DNA from: Cyanophora paradoxa CCMP329
Taxonomy: Eukaryota > Plantae > Glaucophyta
Direction: 5' to 3'
NCBI GenBank assembly: GCA_004431415.1
Contig: QPMI01000520.1
Span: 186,001 to 250,000, forward strand
Length of the DNA stretch: 64,000 nucleotides
In this document: piece by piece, positions 49,751-61,122 of the stretch
Layout of the letters: each line of letters opens with the position of its first letter
How positions within the stretch are numbered: the first letter of the stretch is position 1
Translations under genes and position numbers: made by a program
Notes under the pieces: model-generated
What the model was told of the DNA's origin: nothing
The model's database searches: none
What the model saw: only the letters and a program-made list of their open reading frames with translations

Positions 49751-50206
49751 GGCTAGAAGTGATGAAGTCCCGGAAAGAGTTAAGAGTTTATCTGCTGCGG
49801 CTTCGCTGCACTCTGTGTTCGTAGCTCGACGCGGAAAGCTGCGAGCACAACTGCGGGAAGGGAGAAATGATCGCGGTTTCGAGCGCGGACTCAGATGTCT
49901 GTTCGAAGCGCGGTTGCCTCGGGTGAGGCATGAGCCATATCCGAATGAAGTCCGATGAACGCTCCGGGGAGGGGGAGGAAGGCCAAAGATAGAGATCGAG
50001 TTCATTCCCCCCTCTCCAACCATGTACGCCCCTCGTACGAAGCAGCTTCGTACGCCGCCACCTCGGATGAGCGCCAGCACCAAAACCGCGCCTCGGCGGG
50101 TTGCGCGCCCATTGTGCACAGCGCCTAGCTTCGTCGCGCCGATCGCGTCGATAGCAGCCCGAATACACCTCGCAGCTCAGCCCCCTCGCGCCCGACCGCC
50201 CCAGCC

Positions 50207-52994
50207 ATGCCTCCGGTTGCGCTTGACGTGCGTGAGACCCACCGCCTGCCCTCCGCTGGGCCGAACGCTCTTCGCGCCGCTGACCGCCGCGCCCCCTCAG
50301 GTCGTCGAGCAGGCAGCCGAACTCCTTCAACAGAATGTATGCAAGCGTACCACATCGGGCTCGACTGCCCAGGCCAACGAAGTTGCTGCGTCGCCTGCGT
50401 CTGCTGGGCCACTCGCTTCCGCCGCAGCGGCTCCCGCCCAGGCTGAGGTGAAGCCTCCGGGTGCGTGCAGCGAGCGCTCGACCTCTTCCGCCCAGCGTTG
50501 ACCGCTTCCCTCGCTCCGCAGCGGAGACGAAGGTGCGGCTCAACATCAAGATGGAGGGGGACGCTTCGCCCTGCGCGTACACGCACATCGCGCTCTCCGC
50601 GACGCTCGCCGAGCTCCGGGCACAGCTGCACGAGGACTCCGACGTCGAGATCCTCAAGCAGTGCGCCCGCCCGCCCGCCCGCCCAGCCCAGCCCGCGGGC
50701 GCCGCTGACGCGCGCGCGCGCAGCGGTTTCGTGCTGCACGACGCGCCGGCGTCGGCGAAGCAGGAGGAGTCGCTGCGCGTGAGCGACGTCTTCCCGTGCG
50801 TACTGCTCCGCAAGCTGCGCAAGGAGCGGCCCGCCCGTGCGCCCGCCCGCCTCGCCGCGTCGCGCGTGTCAGACGCAGCTTCGCTTGCATCTCTCTAATT
50901 CGGATCCCCCGCTAGCGCCCAAGCCCGCGAAGGCCGAGGACAAGGACAAGGAGGAGGAGGAGGAGGATGTGCCGCCCCCGTTCAAGCTCGTGCGCGAGAA
51001 GGTGAAGATGTGCAACGGGGAGGAGGTCGAGCGCCAGTTCATGGTTATCACCGACCACTGGCTCCGCAAGTGCGCCGCCCCCGCCCCGCCGCCCCGCGAC
51101 GCTGACCGGGGCACGCGCGCAGCGAGCTGCGCCGGCACGTCTCGCTCTCGTGCCTCTACGACAACGAGCCGAAGATCTGCCCTGACGAGCTGCTCTTCCA
51201 CTTCCCCACGCTGCGGGACGCCAAGACGTGCGAGCCAAAGAAGTGGAAGCAGCTCACGGAGCTCCTGGCGAAGGAGTTCGAGGAGGGGACTCGGCGGGCG
51301 GAGGCGATGATCGCGGAGGGCGCGATCGCCTTCAACACCCTCTTCTACCTCTTCCCCAAGGGCACCCGCGTCGTCGCCTCCTCCGGCGACGACACCCTCG
51401 GTCCGCCCCCCGGCCCCGCCCCCCGCCCCCCGCCCCCCGCCCCGCCCGCGCCGCTGATGTCGCCGGCGACACAGGGTTCGAAGTCTCTAAGGTGTCGTAC
51501 AACCGCGGCTGGTGCCGCACGACGTTCCTCGTCGAGGGCGAGCTCATCAAGTCGAACGGCCGCTTCTTCTTCCGCCAGAAGGAGAGCTTCAGCATCGGGC
51601 AGTACGACGGGGCGCGCACCATCAAGGACCTGCCGCTGCAGCCGCTCGACGCGGCGACCGAGGCGCGCCTGACGGAGCGCGGCCGCCTCTTCCGCCGCAT
51701 CGGCCTCGGCGGTGCGCGCGCCGGCCGCGCCGGCCGCGCCCGTCCGCCGCTTCTGACCGGCGGGCGCAGCGCACTACATGATGTACAAGGGGACGATCCA
51801 GCGGCGCGGCTGGTGGAGCTCGACGCACTTCAAGGCGGACGGGCGCGTGATGGTCGACGGCCGCTCTTTCAAGCTCTTCAACCCCAACTACAGCGGCTTC
51901 GAATCCAACGACGGGGAGGAGGCGAAGATCGAGGACGTGCCGGAGGAGAAGCTGTGGACGACGCACCACTCGGTGGCCGGCTTCTCGTTCTCGTGCAAGA
52001 AGTGGGGCGAGCTGCTCCTGCGCGACATCTCCGACATCCAGGCCCGCCCCGCCCCGCCCGCCGGCCCCGCGCGCCGCGGCGGCGGCTGACGGACGGGCGG
52101 GCGCAGTTCGACGAGGAGGCGTTCGGGCGGCTGGTGCTGGAGGAGACGAAGAAGGAGATGATCGCGGCGCTGGTGAAGAACTCGGAGCACACCTTCTCGG
52201 ACATCATCTCGGGCAAGGGCGGCGGCTGCATCTTCCTGCTGCACGGCGCCCCCGGGACGGGGAAGACGCTCACCGCGGAGGCGATCTCGGAGCTGCTGCA
52301 CCGGCCGCTGTACAGCGTCTCGGTGGGCGAGCTGGGGACGACGACCTCGGAGCTGGAGCAGCGGCTGCGCGAGATCCTCGAGGTGGCGCAGGCCTGGAAC
52401 GCGGTCATCCTCATCGACGAGGCCGACATCTTCCTCGAGCGCCGCACCCTCACCGACGTCAAGCGCAACGCCATGGTCGGCATCTTCCTCCGCCTCCTCG
52501 AGTACCACCAGGGCCCGCCCCGCCCCCGCCCCGCCCGCCCCCGCCGGCCCCCATCCGCCCGCCGCTGACGCCGGGGCGCAGGGGTGCTCTTCCTGACGAC
52601 GAACCGGGTGTCGGCGTTCGACCAGGCCTTCCACTCGCGCATCTCGGTGGCGCTGAAGTACGCGCCGCTGGACGCGGAGGCGCGGGGGGCCGTCTGGCGC
52701 ACCCTCCTGCAGGCGGCCGGCGTCGAGGGCCTCGACCCCGCCGCCCTCGCCCGCCACGACCTCAACGGGCGCCAGATCAAGAACACCATCCGCCTCGCCC
52801 AGAGCCTCGCCCGCGCCCAGGGCCGCCCCGTCAGCCCCGCCGACGTCGAGTCCACCATCGCCGTCGCCGCCCAGTTCCAGTCCGACGTGCGCCCCGCCCG
52901 CCCGCCCGCCACCCGCCGGCCCCGCCAACCGCCCGCCCGCGCGCAGATCCTCGACCACACGTGCGACCTCTCCACGCCCGAGGGGCACATCTGA
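50207..52994 (+). CDS. AAA+ ATPase copy B, inverted paralogue of copy A
   Basis: Starts MPPVALD; same 10 intron positions and motifs as copy A; the AAA exons are essentially identical. Confidence 0.92.
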
Positions 52995-53742
52995 GCGCCC
53001 CGCCGCTCCGGCGGCGCGGCTGCCGCGCGCCTTTGTTTCGGTCCTAGGGGCCGCGGGCGGGCCTCGCTGGGCCCCCCCCCCTCTCAGATCTGCGAAGATC
53101 TGTGTAGAGACTGTAATCTCACGTATCTTTTCTAGACTCTCACCTTTCTGTTCAGTATCATCTATCGAATTATTGAATGCTTGATACCAATCTGATTGCC
53201 CACCGTGGCCACGATGCATATGCAAGAGCCGTGTGACCCGCTGAGCCGTGTGGCAGGCAAATTCAAAGGCGCGGAGCCCTGGAACTTGGGCTGGAAGCTC
53301 GAGCCCGCTGTAGGCTATATATATATATAGGCCGGTACCTGTCGACGTCGACGTTGACGTCAAGTCCGACGGTCAACGCGCGCGGCTGCGCATGCGCGCG
53401 CGACTGCCGCGTGCAGATGACGGTGCAGCTGCACGCAGCGCCCGGCTGCTCAACGGTTGCGAGCTTGATCATACGCTAGCCTAGTAGCTAGCTCCGAGGC
53501 TCGCGCGCGCGCTGTGCATACGTGTACGCGCGCGCGCGCGCGCACGTCACGGCCGGCCGTGCCGAGCTCCGGTGTAGGGTGTATTCGATTTAGCGCCGCA
53601 TGCAGCGGCTGCTGCACATGCTGCGCTGCTGCGCATGCGTGTCCGACGGTCGCCGAGGCCCAGGGGAACGTTAATAGCGAAGTGAACCACCCCCGGGGGC
53701 AAAACGTCGCCCGGGTACAGTCGCAGGACTGCGCAGCCCACG

Positions 53743-56700
53743 ATGCAGAAGAAGAAGAACTTCAGGCGAAAGGACGACGGCGGGGCCGCTGAAGGAGCGG
53801 ATGGAGCAGCGGCGCCCGCACCATCGCCGCCTCCGCCGAGCGCGCCGAAGCCGGAGGCAAAGGCGGGCGCAGGCGCGGCCCCGAAGAAGCCGGCCACGCT
53901 CCTGAGCTTCGCGGAGGAGGTACGCATGCCCGGCTCGCGCGCGGACTGCCTCCTCACGCGACCGCGATGCAGGAGGGCGACGCGCCACAGATGAACTTCA
54001 AGAAGAAGACATCGGCGGTGCCGGACCCGGTGGCTCATTCGAAGGCGTCGAAGTCCGAAGAGCGGCGCCCGGCGTACGGGTGCGCTCCGCCTGCCACCCA
54101 GCGACGTCCCGCCGGCTCCGCGTCGACGCGGCGCGCGGCGCACAGGACGCAGGCGGCGGCGGGCGGGCAGTACACGCGGGAGGCGCTGGAAGCGCTGCGG
54201 AAGAACGCGGTGCACTACAAGTCGAACTCGGACGAGGCGCGCCCGCCGATGCACAGGGGCGGCATGGACGTGGACGGCGAGCGTGCGCGCTGCCGGCCGG
54301 GCGCGCGCAGGAGGCGGCTGACGGCTGCTGGCGGCAGAGGAGGAGGAGGAGGAGGAGGCGGTGGTGCGGAAGGCGAAGCAGCAGCGGGAGCAGGCGCGCG
54401 CGAAGAAGAAGTCCTCGGGCGAGGCCGACTACATCCCCCTCACCGACCGCGGTCCGCCCGCCCCTCCCCCGCACTACCGCACCCGCTGCCCCCGCCCGCC
54501 GCCTCGCCCACGCCGGCCGCCGGGGGGGCGCCTGGGGGCGCAGGGCGGGCGAAGGTGGAGATGATGGGGGACGTGGTGGAGCGGGGGCCGGGGGGGCGCC
54601 GCGTGGAGGCCGACCTCTCCCGCGTCCCGCCCTCGCCGCCCGCCGTCGCCGTCCCCGAGGAGCCGGCCGAGGAGGACGAGGAGGACGAGCTCGTCCGCTG
54701 GGAGCTCCAGCAGGCCCGCCCCCTTCCCCCTCATCCCCGCCCTCTCCTCTGCTCCGCTTTTCGTGACGCGGCGCGGGGGCGGCAGATCCGTAAGGGCGTG
54801 CGGCGGCCGATCGGGCGGCAGCAGCAGCAGGCCTCCCCCGCGGGGGCGGCCCCCGCCGCGCAGGCGGGGATCGCGGGCCTGCAGCTGGAGGGGGACGGCC
54901 CCGCCCCGCAGGCGGCGGCGCCGCCCCCCGCGGGGGCGGGGAAGGCGACGGACCCGCTCTTCGTGTACCGGGGCATCGAGAAGGCGATCGAGAACCTGAA
55001 GGGCCACCGAGAGCGGCGCTCGCGGCAGCTCACCAAGGCCGTCGACGAGATGGCGGAGGCGGGGCGGGCGTGCGAGCGGCTGGAGGCGGAGCGGGCGGCG
55101 GCGGGGGAGCGCTTCACGTTCTTCCTGGAGACGAAGCTGTACATGGACGACCTGCTCGACTGCCTCTCAGACAAGGCGCCCCAGATCGCCGAGCTCGAGG
55201 AGCGCGTCCTCGCCCTCCGCGCCGAGCGCGCCCAGGCCGCCGCCCGCCGCCGCCAGCAGGTCCGCCCCGCCCCCGCCCGCCCGCCCCGCCCCGACCAGCC
55301 CGCTCGCTGGCGCGCTGCCAAGCTAGCGGGCCCAGCGCCGCGCCGCGGGGCTCTGAGGTCGGGGCAGGACGCGCAGGACGAGCTCGACGACGCGCGTGAC
55401 GCCCTCGGCGGTGCGCGCGCCCCGCCCCGGCCGCCCCGCCCCGCCGCCCCCGCCCACCCTGGGCCCCGGGCGCAGCGCCGGCGTCGGGTACGGGTCGCTG
55501 GACGCGCGGCCGGAGGGGGAGCGGGAGGCGGGGGAGGCGGACGAGTTCGGGCGGGACCGCTCCCACTACCTGCGCGAGTCCCGCGCCCGCCGCCGCGCTG
55601 AGCGCGCCGCCCGCCCCAGGGCCCGCCCCGCCCCTCCGCCCCCCGCCCCGCGGCTCTCGTCTGAGGCGGGGCGGCAGGCGGCGGGGCGGGGGACGAGGAC
55701 ACGGAGCCGGAGGACGAGGCGGAGGCGGCGCGGGCGGGGGGCGAGCTCGCAAGCCTCCTCGCCGAGGTGACCCCCCGCCCCCGCTTAGCGAGGCCCCGCC
55801 CCGCCCCGCCCGCGAGTCTAGCTCCAGCGTCCAGGCCCTCGCCCCGCCGCCCGCCGCCCCGCCCGCCTGCCCGGCCTCACCTCGCGCGTCGCTGCGCCTC
55901 CGTAGGAGGGGGGTCCCGCCCCCGCCCCCGCCCCCTCCCAGTCCCCTCCAGTCGAGTCTCGTCTAGCCTCGCGCCCCGCGGGGCGCCCTCGGGGAGTGAC
56001 CATGGGGCGACGGCGCGCAGGGGCAGGGGCTGTTCGGGGAGGTGGTGGAGGAGTTCGTGGACGTGGCCCTCATCAAGCGCCGCCTCGAGGCCTGGAAGAT
56101 CGCGCACCCCAAGGCGCCCCGCCCCGCCCCGCCCCGCCCCGCCCCGCCCCGCCCTGCCCCGCCAGGCCCTGTTCCCAGCCCCGTAACGCGCGCGCTCGCG
56201 GGCGCAGGCGTACGAGGAGGCGTACGTGAGCCTCACCCTGCCGGCCCTCTTTGCCCCCTACGTCCGCCTCCAGCTCCTCCAGGTGCGGCCCCGCCCCCGC
56301 CCCCGCCCCGGAGACAACAGCGCGCCCCGCGCCGGCGCTCCTCCGCCGGCGGCGCCCTCTTAAGGGGCGGCTGCAGTGGGACCCGCTGCAGCGGCCGGCC
56401 TTCGACCACATGAAGTGGTACAAGGACCTCTTCGACTTCGGCGTCTCCGACTCCCGCCCCGTGCGCCCCAGCCGAGCGCAGCCTCCAGCCTCTCCCCGCC
56501 GCCTCCCCCTCATCCCTCGCCCCCGCAGCCGCGGGACGGGGACCCTGACCTGGACCTCGTGCCGCGGCTCATCGAGAAGGCCGTGCTGCCCGTCGTGCGG
56601 AGCGCGCTCAGCAAGGCGTGGGACCCGCTCTCGCGGACGCAGAACGCGGCGGCGCTCGCCCTCGTGCGCGAGCTGCAGATCTACCTCGACCCCAGCGGGG

Positions 56701-57593
56701 AGCCCCTGCGGGTGAGCCCCCCCGGCGAGCGAGCGCCGCCGGCTCTCTCCCGCGGTCTCACGCTGCGGGGCGGGGCGGGGCAGGAGCTGTACGAGGCGGT
56801 GGTGGGGCGGCTGGCGGCGGCCTGCGAGGCGCTGCCCCTCCCGGCCTTCCCCTTCGACGAGGGGGACGCCTCGCTGCGCGCCGAGCCGCCCGCCACGCCC
56901 CACGCCCGCGCCTACCGCTTCTGCGAGCGCCAGCTCGCCCTCGCCATCAAGGCAAGCCACCACCCTTTCTTCCTCCCCCCACACCCCACCCCTCCTCCCT
57001 CTCGTACCCCTCCCCGTCCCCGATCTATTCGTCCCTCTTTCCGTGCATCTTTCCATGTCGTCCCTCCCCCTAGCTCCCGCCCCCGCCCGCCCCCGCTGCT
57101 ACCCCTCCTTACACCCGCTACTATCTCTTTGCCTTCGCTGCCCCCTTGCGCCCTCCTCACCGCGCCCGCGGGGCGCAGCTGCTGCGGAACGTGGCGGGGT
57201 GGAGCGAGGGGGCGGTGGTGACGCGGGAGTCGCTGGAGGGCTCCTGCGTGGCGCCGCTGCTGGCCGGGCAGGTGGTCCCCTACCTGCGCGCCAAGAAGAA
57301 CTCCTTCGCCGCCCTCTTCTTTCTCGAGAAGGCCCGGCCCCGCCCCGAGCCCAACGCTTCCAGGCCCCGCCCGCCCCCGCCCCCCGCTCACCTCCTCGCC
57401 CCAGGTGGTGGCGGCGCTGCCGGCCTCGTGGCTGGGGGCCGGCGGGGCGCGGGTGGCGCTCCGGCCGCTGCAGGAGTACGCGGGGCAGCTGCTGCCGCTG
57501 CTGGCGGAGGCGCGGAGGGGGGACCCGGGCGGCCTCGGCGCCCGCATGGACCGCGTCGCCGAGGCCCTCGCCGTGGGCCCCCGCCGCCCCTGA
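53743..57593 (+). CDS. PAXBP1: PAXBP1 / GCFC / ILP1 family (NTR2-like spliceosome disassembly factor)
   Basis: KKNFRRK, LLSFAEE, YTREALEALRKN, DYIPL, WELQQIRKG, FFLETKLYMDDLLDCLSDKAPQIAELE, AYEEAYVSL..FAPYVRLQLLQWDPL, DLVPRLIEKAVLP, WDPLS. Confidence 0.9.
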
Positions 57594-58114
57594 GGCCCCC
57601 GCCCCCCCCCCCCCCCCTGCCGAGGCTTCAAGATAGACCTGTAGTCAGTGATCGTGCATACAGACTACTGGACCATTCGCACTGATCATGATGCAGCGAG
57701 TCGAGGTTGAGTTGGACTCCGGGGAGCCTAGGAGGCCCCTAAAGCTAGCTATAGCTCTCACTCCGGAGTCTCGGACTCCGAAAAGGCTGTGCTGTAGAGG
57801 CGTGTATACTCTTAGTATTACGTTACGGTACTCGTATGCCACTCAGTGACTGTGGCACGGCGACATGAGGGGTCCCGGGTCCCGGGAGTCCGTCGGGCCG
57901 CCGGGGGCAAAGATGCTGCCCTCAGGGCCTGGCTGCGTGCGAACCAAGATCTCCTGCCCTTCCGAAGTTCAGGCTTCAAAGGCTTGATCATGACAAGCCG
58001 TGACTCAGTGAAGCATGAGCAGAAGGTGAAGGGGACCCGACGCTTAACTGAGTAAGCATAAAATACGGTCATCGGGCTGTGTCACAGTGTGCCGTATACT
58101 TGTAATTGATTTTC

Positions 58115-58234
58115 GATCATCAAATGTGCCCCGTTGACTCAGTGACTCGGCGTTGATGCATGAATTCTTCAGATTCGGCAGCCGGGGATCATGATCAGAT
58201 GTGCCCCGTTGATGCATGAATTCGGCAGCCGGGG
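58115..58234. repeat. Imperfect tandem duplication whose copies differ by two direct-repeat-flanked indels
   Basis: tgtgccccgttga[ctcagtgactcggcgttga]tgcatgaattc[ttcagattc]ggcagccgggg versus tgtgccccgttgatgcatgaattcggcagccgggg. Confidence 0.9.
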
Positions 58235-58640
58235 CCCGGCGGGCGGCGTTGCCAAGTTGCTTATGCCAGTATGGTCGGCTTAGGATCCAGATCCATCGGG
58301 CCCCCCTGCAGCCTGGCAGCTGGGATAGTATCTATGATATCGATATTGATCATGATACGAGGTCCATCCGATGATCCCCGGGCCCCGAGCTCACCGCCGG
58401 GCCGAAACAACTCTCAGAGTCTTCATCATGCATCACAGAGTCATGATCAATTGACTGTCACAGTGTTCCCACGCAGAGCGCTAGCGTAGGCAAGCACACG
58501 CAAAGTTGCCAAGTTGAAATACGCACAATTGCAATTCCGTTCAAGAACTATACTGGCACAGAATAGAAACATTTCAAGCAGCAGCGCTTAATCAGGAGAT
58601 TCGCACAGAACAGAAACATCGAAAACGAATTTCCAGCGGC

Positions 58641-61101
58641 TCAATTCCCTTTCTTGGGCGAGAACGTCGTGTTCGGCGCGTCGGGCGCGGTCCTCGGCGC
58701 CTGCGGCGCGCCGGCCGCGTGCGGGGCCGGGCGGCGGTCGCGGGCGCCGCCGCCGCGGGTGGCCGGCCTCCTCGCCCGCAGGTAGTCGTCGGCGGCGTCC
58801 AGCAGCCGCCTGCGCCCGCGCCCGCGCCCAGACCAGCTCAGATCAGATCAGATCGCAGGAGATGTGAGCGATGGGATCGGGCCCGGGGTCGGATTTCACG
58901 CGGGCGCACGTGAGGGCGTCGAGGTTGAGGACGTCGGTGGCGGCGCTGGTCGAGGTCTCGCTCGCGTAGCTCTTGATCGGCACGACGCACGCCGCCGGCA
59001 CCCCCACGCCCCCCGGGCCCGCCAGCCGGTCCCGCGCCCGCAGCATCTGCGTGCCGCCCCTCGATCAGCGCGCGCGCACATGCAGAGCGCCGGCGTCGCG
59101 CACCTTCTCGCTCTCGAAGACGCCGGAGACGTCGGGGCCGAGCCGCCGGTCGATCTCGTCCACCTTCGAGACGAGGATGAAGACGCGCAGGTCTGCCGGA
59201 GGGGCGTCAGACAGCGAGGCAGGCCCAGGCCGGGCCCCGAGGGGGGGCGGGGCGGGGCGGGCGGGCCGGTGGCGGTGCCGCGGGCGCAGGCGATGAAGGC
59301 GCGGAGGCGGTCGAGGTAGCGGCGGGAGGTGAGGGACTCGGCGGGGACGATGAAGGCGACGACGTGCACCCGCTCCGCCAGCGTCGGCGCCCGGTCCCGC
59401 ACCAGCCCCTCCGTCGAGAGCGTCATCGGCCTGCCCCGCCCCGCCGCCCCCCGCATCACGCCAGAGCTGGCCCCCGAGCCGCGGTGGAGGCCGGCGGAAG
59501 GGGGGGGGGGGGGGGGGGGGGGGGCGGGGGCGGGGGCGCATGCGCACGTGCGGAGGTCGAAGCCGTCAGGGACGTGCCCGCGGATGATGTTCTCGAACTC
59601 GTCCTTCGTGTACGTCTCCTCCGTCCACCCTGCCGCCCCCGCCCTCAAGGTCCCGGCGGGGGGGGGGGGGGGGGGGGGGGGGGCGGAGATCTGGAGCCGG
59701 CGGGCACCCATGGTGTCCCAGAGGCAGACGTTCGTGCCCTCCAGCTCGCGCTTGGTGAGGGGCGTCGTGATTGACGCGGCGCCGCTCCCCACGTTCGCCA
59801 GCATGGAGACGCGCCCCAGCTGGCGGGGGGGGGGGGAGGGGGGGGGGGGGCGCCGCTGAGTGGGAGGCGGCCAGCGCTGGGGCGCGGGGCGGGCACGAAG
59901 GCGGAGTCGAGGGCGTTGAGCCAGGAGCTTTTCCCGGCGCCGACGCCCCCGAAGAGCAGCACGTTGTACACCTCCACGCCAAGATGCTCCCCGCAGTACG
60001 GCATCCGCCCGCAGAGCGCCTCGCTCAGCCGCTTCTTCTCCCTGCGCGACGCCCGTCGGTCGGCCGAAGGGCCGGGACGAGGGGCTGGGGAGGCGGAAAA
60101 TGGGGGAGGGGGAGGGGGGGGGAGGGGGAGAGGGGGGGAGGGGGGAGGCTACAGAGGGCACGGAAGGAGGGGAGGATGGCATCGCACGGGGTACAAGTGG
60201 AGAGAACGGATGGCTGGGAGGAAGGGATACAGGGGGATGCAGGGGGGGGGGGGGGGGGAGGCGCGCAGGGAGTGAGGGCGGGGGAAGCGGCCCGGGGGAA
60301 GAAGGCGCACGACTCGGTGAACTTGAGAGAGCGCCAGACTCCCATGCTGCCGGCACTCCGCCCGGCATCTGCGTGGGTCACAGCCGGCAATTAGCTATAG
60401 AGAAACGGGGTCAACGGAGTCAAGCGGAACGGGCAGGGTCACCGGGGTAAAGCGGGACGACTTGGTAAACCTCCAGCTGCGTGATGGCTGTGCCGGTTGC
60501 GGGGAACGTGCCCGCGGGTTCGCTGAACGTGCGGGGCTCGCTGCGGAACTCCAGGCGGCTATTGTTGAAGAAGTGGAGGTCTTGATCAGTTGTGCTGCTC
60601 CCGAACCCCGGAAGCCAGCCGTCGTAATCGTTCACCGTGAGGGATGAATTTGGCTTTGGACGAAACACGGCGGGCTCGTCATCGGCAGCGGGCCCGTGCA
60701 GCCGGAAGATGAATGCGAGGGTGTCTTCCTTAGTCACACCAGTCAACTCCCATCTGAGCATCCCATCTTGCTCACGAGCTAGCTACGCTGTGCGCGGCAC
60801 CACGTGCGCACGAGCGGGCCGTGAAGCCTCCGATGATGTGGCCAGTAGAAAGGCGAGCGATTGTCACGGTCGGGCCCTTCCTGAGACACGCCTTCTTGAA
60901 CTCTGCAGATATGGAGGCCGTTGCGGGCGTGCACTCGAACAGCTTCGTGAACGTGCACCTGGTCGGCGATGTCAGTACAGCTTAGCAAGCGCGCCCCCGC
61001 GGACTCTGGGCGCACCGATCGAAGCCCGTCCAACTCTCGATGAGATCCGCGTACTCCTCTCCCTCACGCCCGACAAGGAAGTCGCGCTCCAGCGCCATCA
61101 T
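58641..61101 (-). CDS. TLDc + P-loop GTPase-like protein of the IFI44/IFI44L architecture
   Basis: Phase-consistent splicing. TLDc: KLFEC..FKKACLRKGPTVTIARLSTGHIIGGFTARSW..AFIFRL..PGFG..LEVYQV. Linker: VWRSLKF. GTPase-like: NVLLFGGVGAGKSSWLNAL, LWDTMG, IIRGHVPDG, PTLAERVHVVAFIV, ILVSKVD, PIKSYASE, LLDAADDYL. Confidence 0.85.
59500..59683. repeat. Intronic homopolymer tracts: G25 at 59500-59524 and G26 at 59658-59683 (poly-C on the coding strand)
   Basis: Directly visible; both lie within introns of the IFI44-like gene. Confidence 0.9.
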
Positions 61102-61122
61102 GAAACAGACTATACCCGTGTG

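Larger units (their letters stand above)
46750..53170. repeat. Inverted (head-to-head) gene duplication, arms about 3 kb, spacer 49751-50206
   Basis: Antisense-frame translations of 46975-47860 and 52107-52990 match over about 290 codons including two introns. Decayed similarity continues into the 3' UTRs (gagactgt..ttttctaga..cacctttctgt). Confidence 0.95.

Noticed and set aside
43320-53120. TGTAA as a green-algal-type polyadenylation signal
   Set aside because: It is seen after a few genes (GGCT, the AAA copies) but not after others such as ETFDH, which is insufficient support.
7666-57400. Introns as a recently spread Introner transposon family
   Set aside because: The introns share composition (CCCCG runs, branch motif) but not alignable sequence, terminal repeats or target duplications, apart from paralogous AAA introns.
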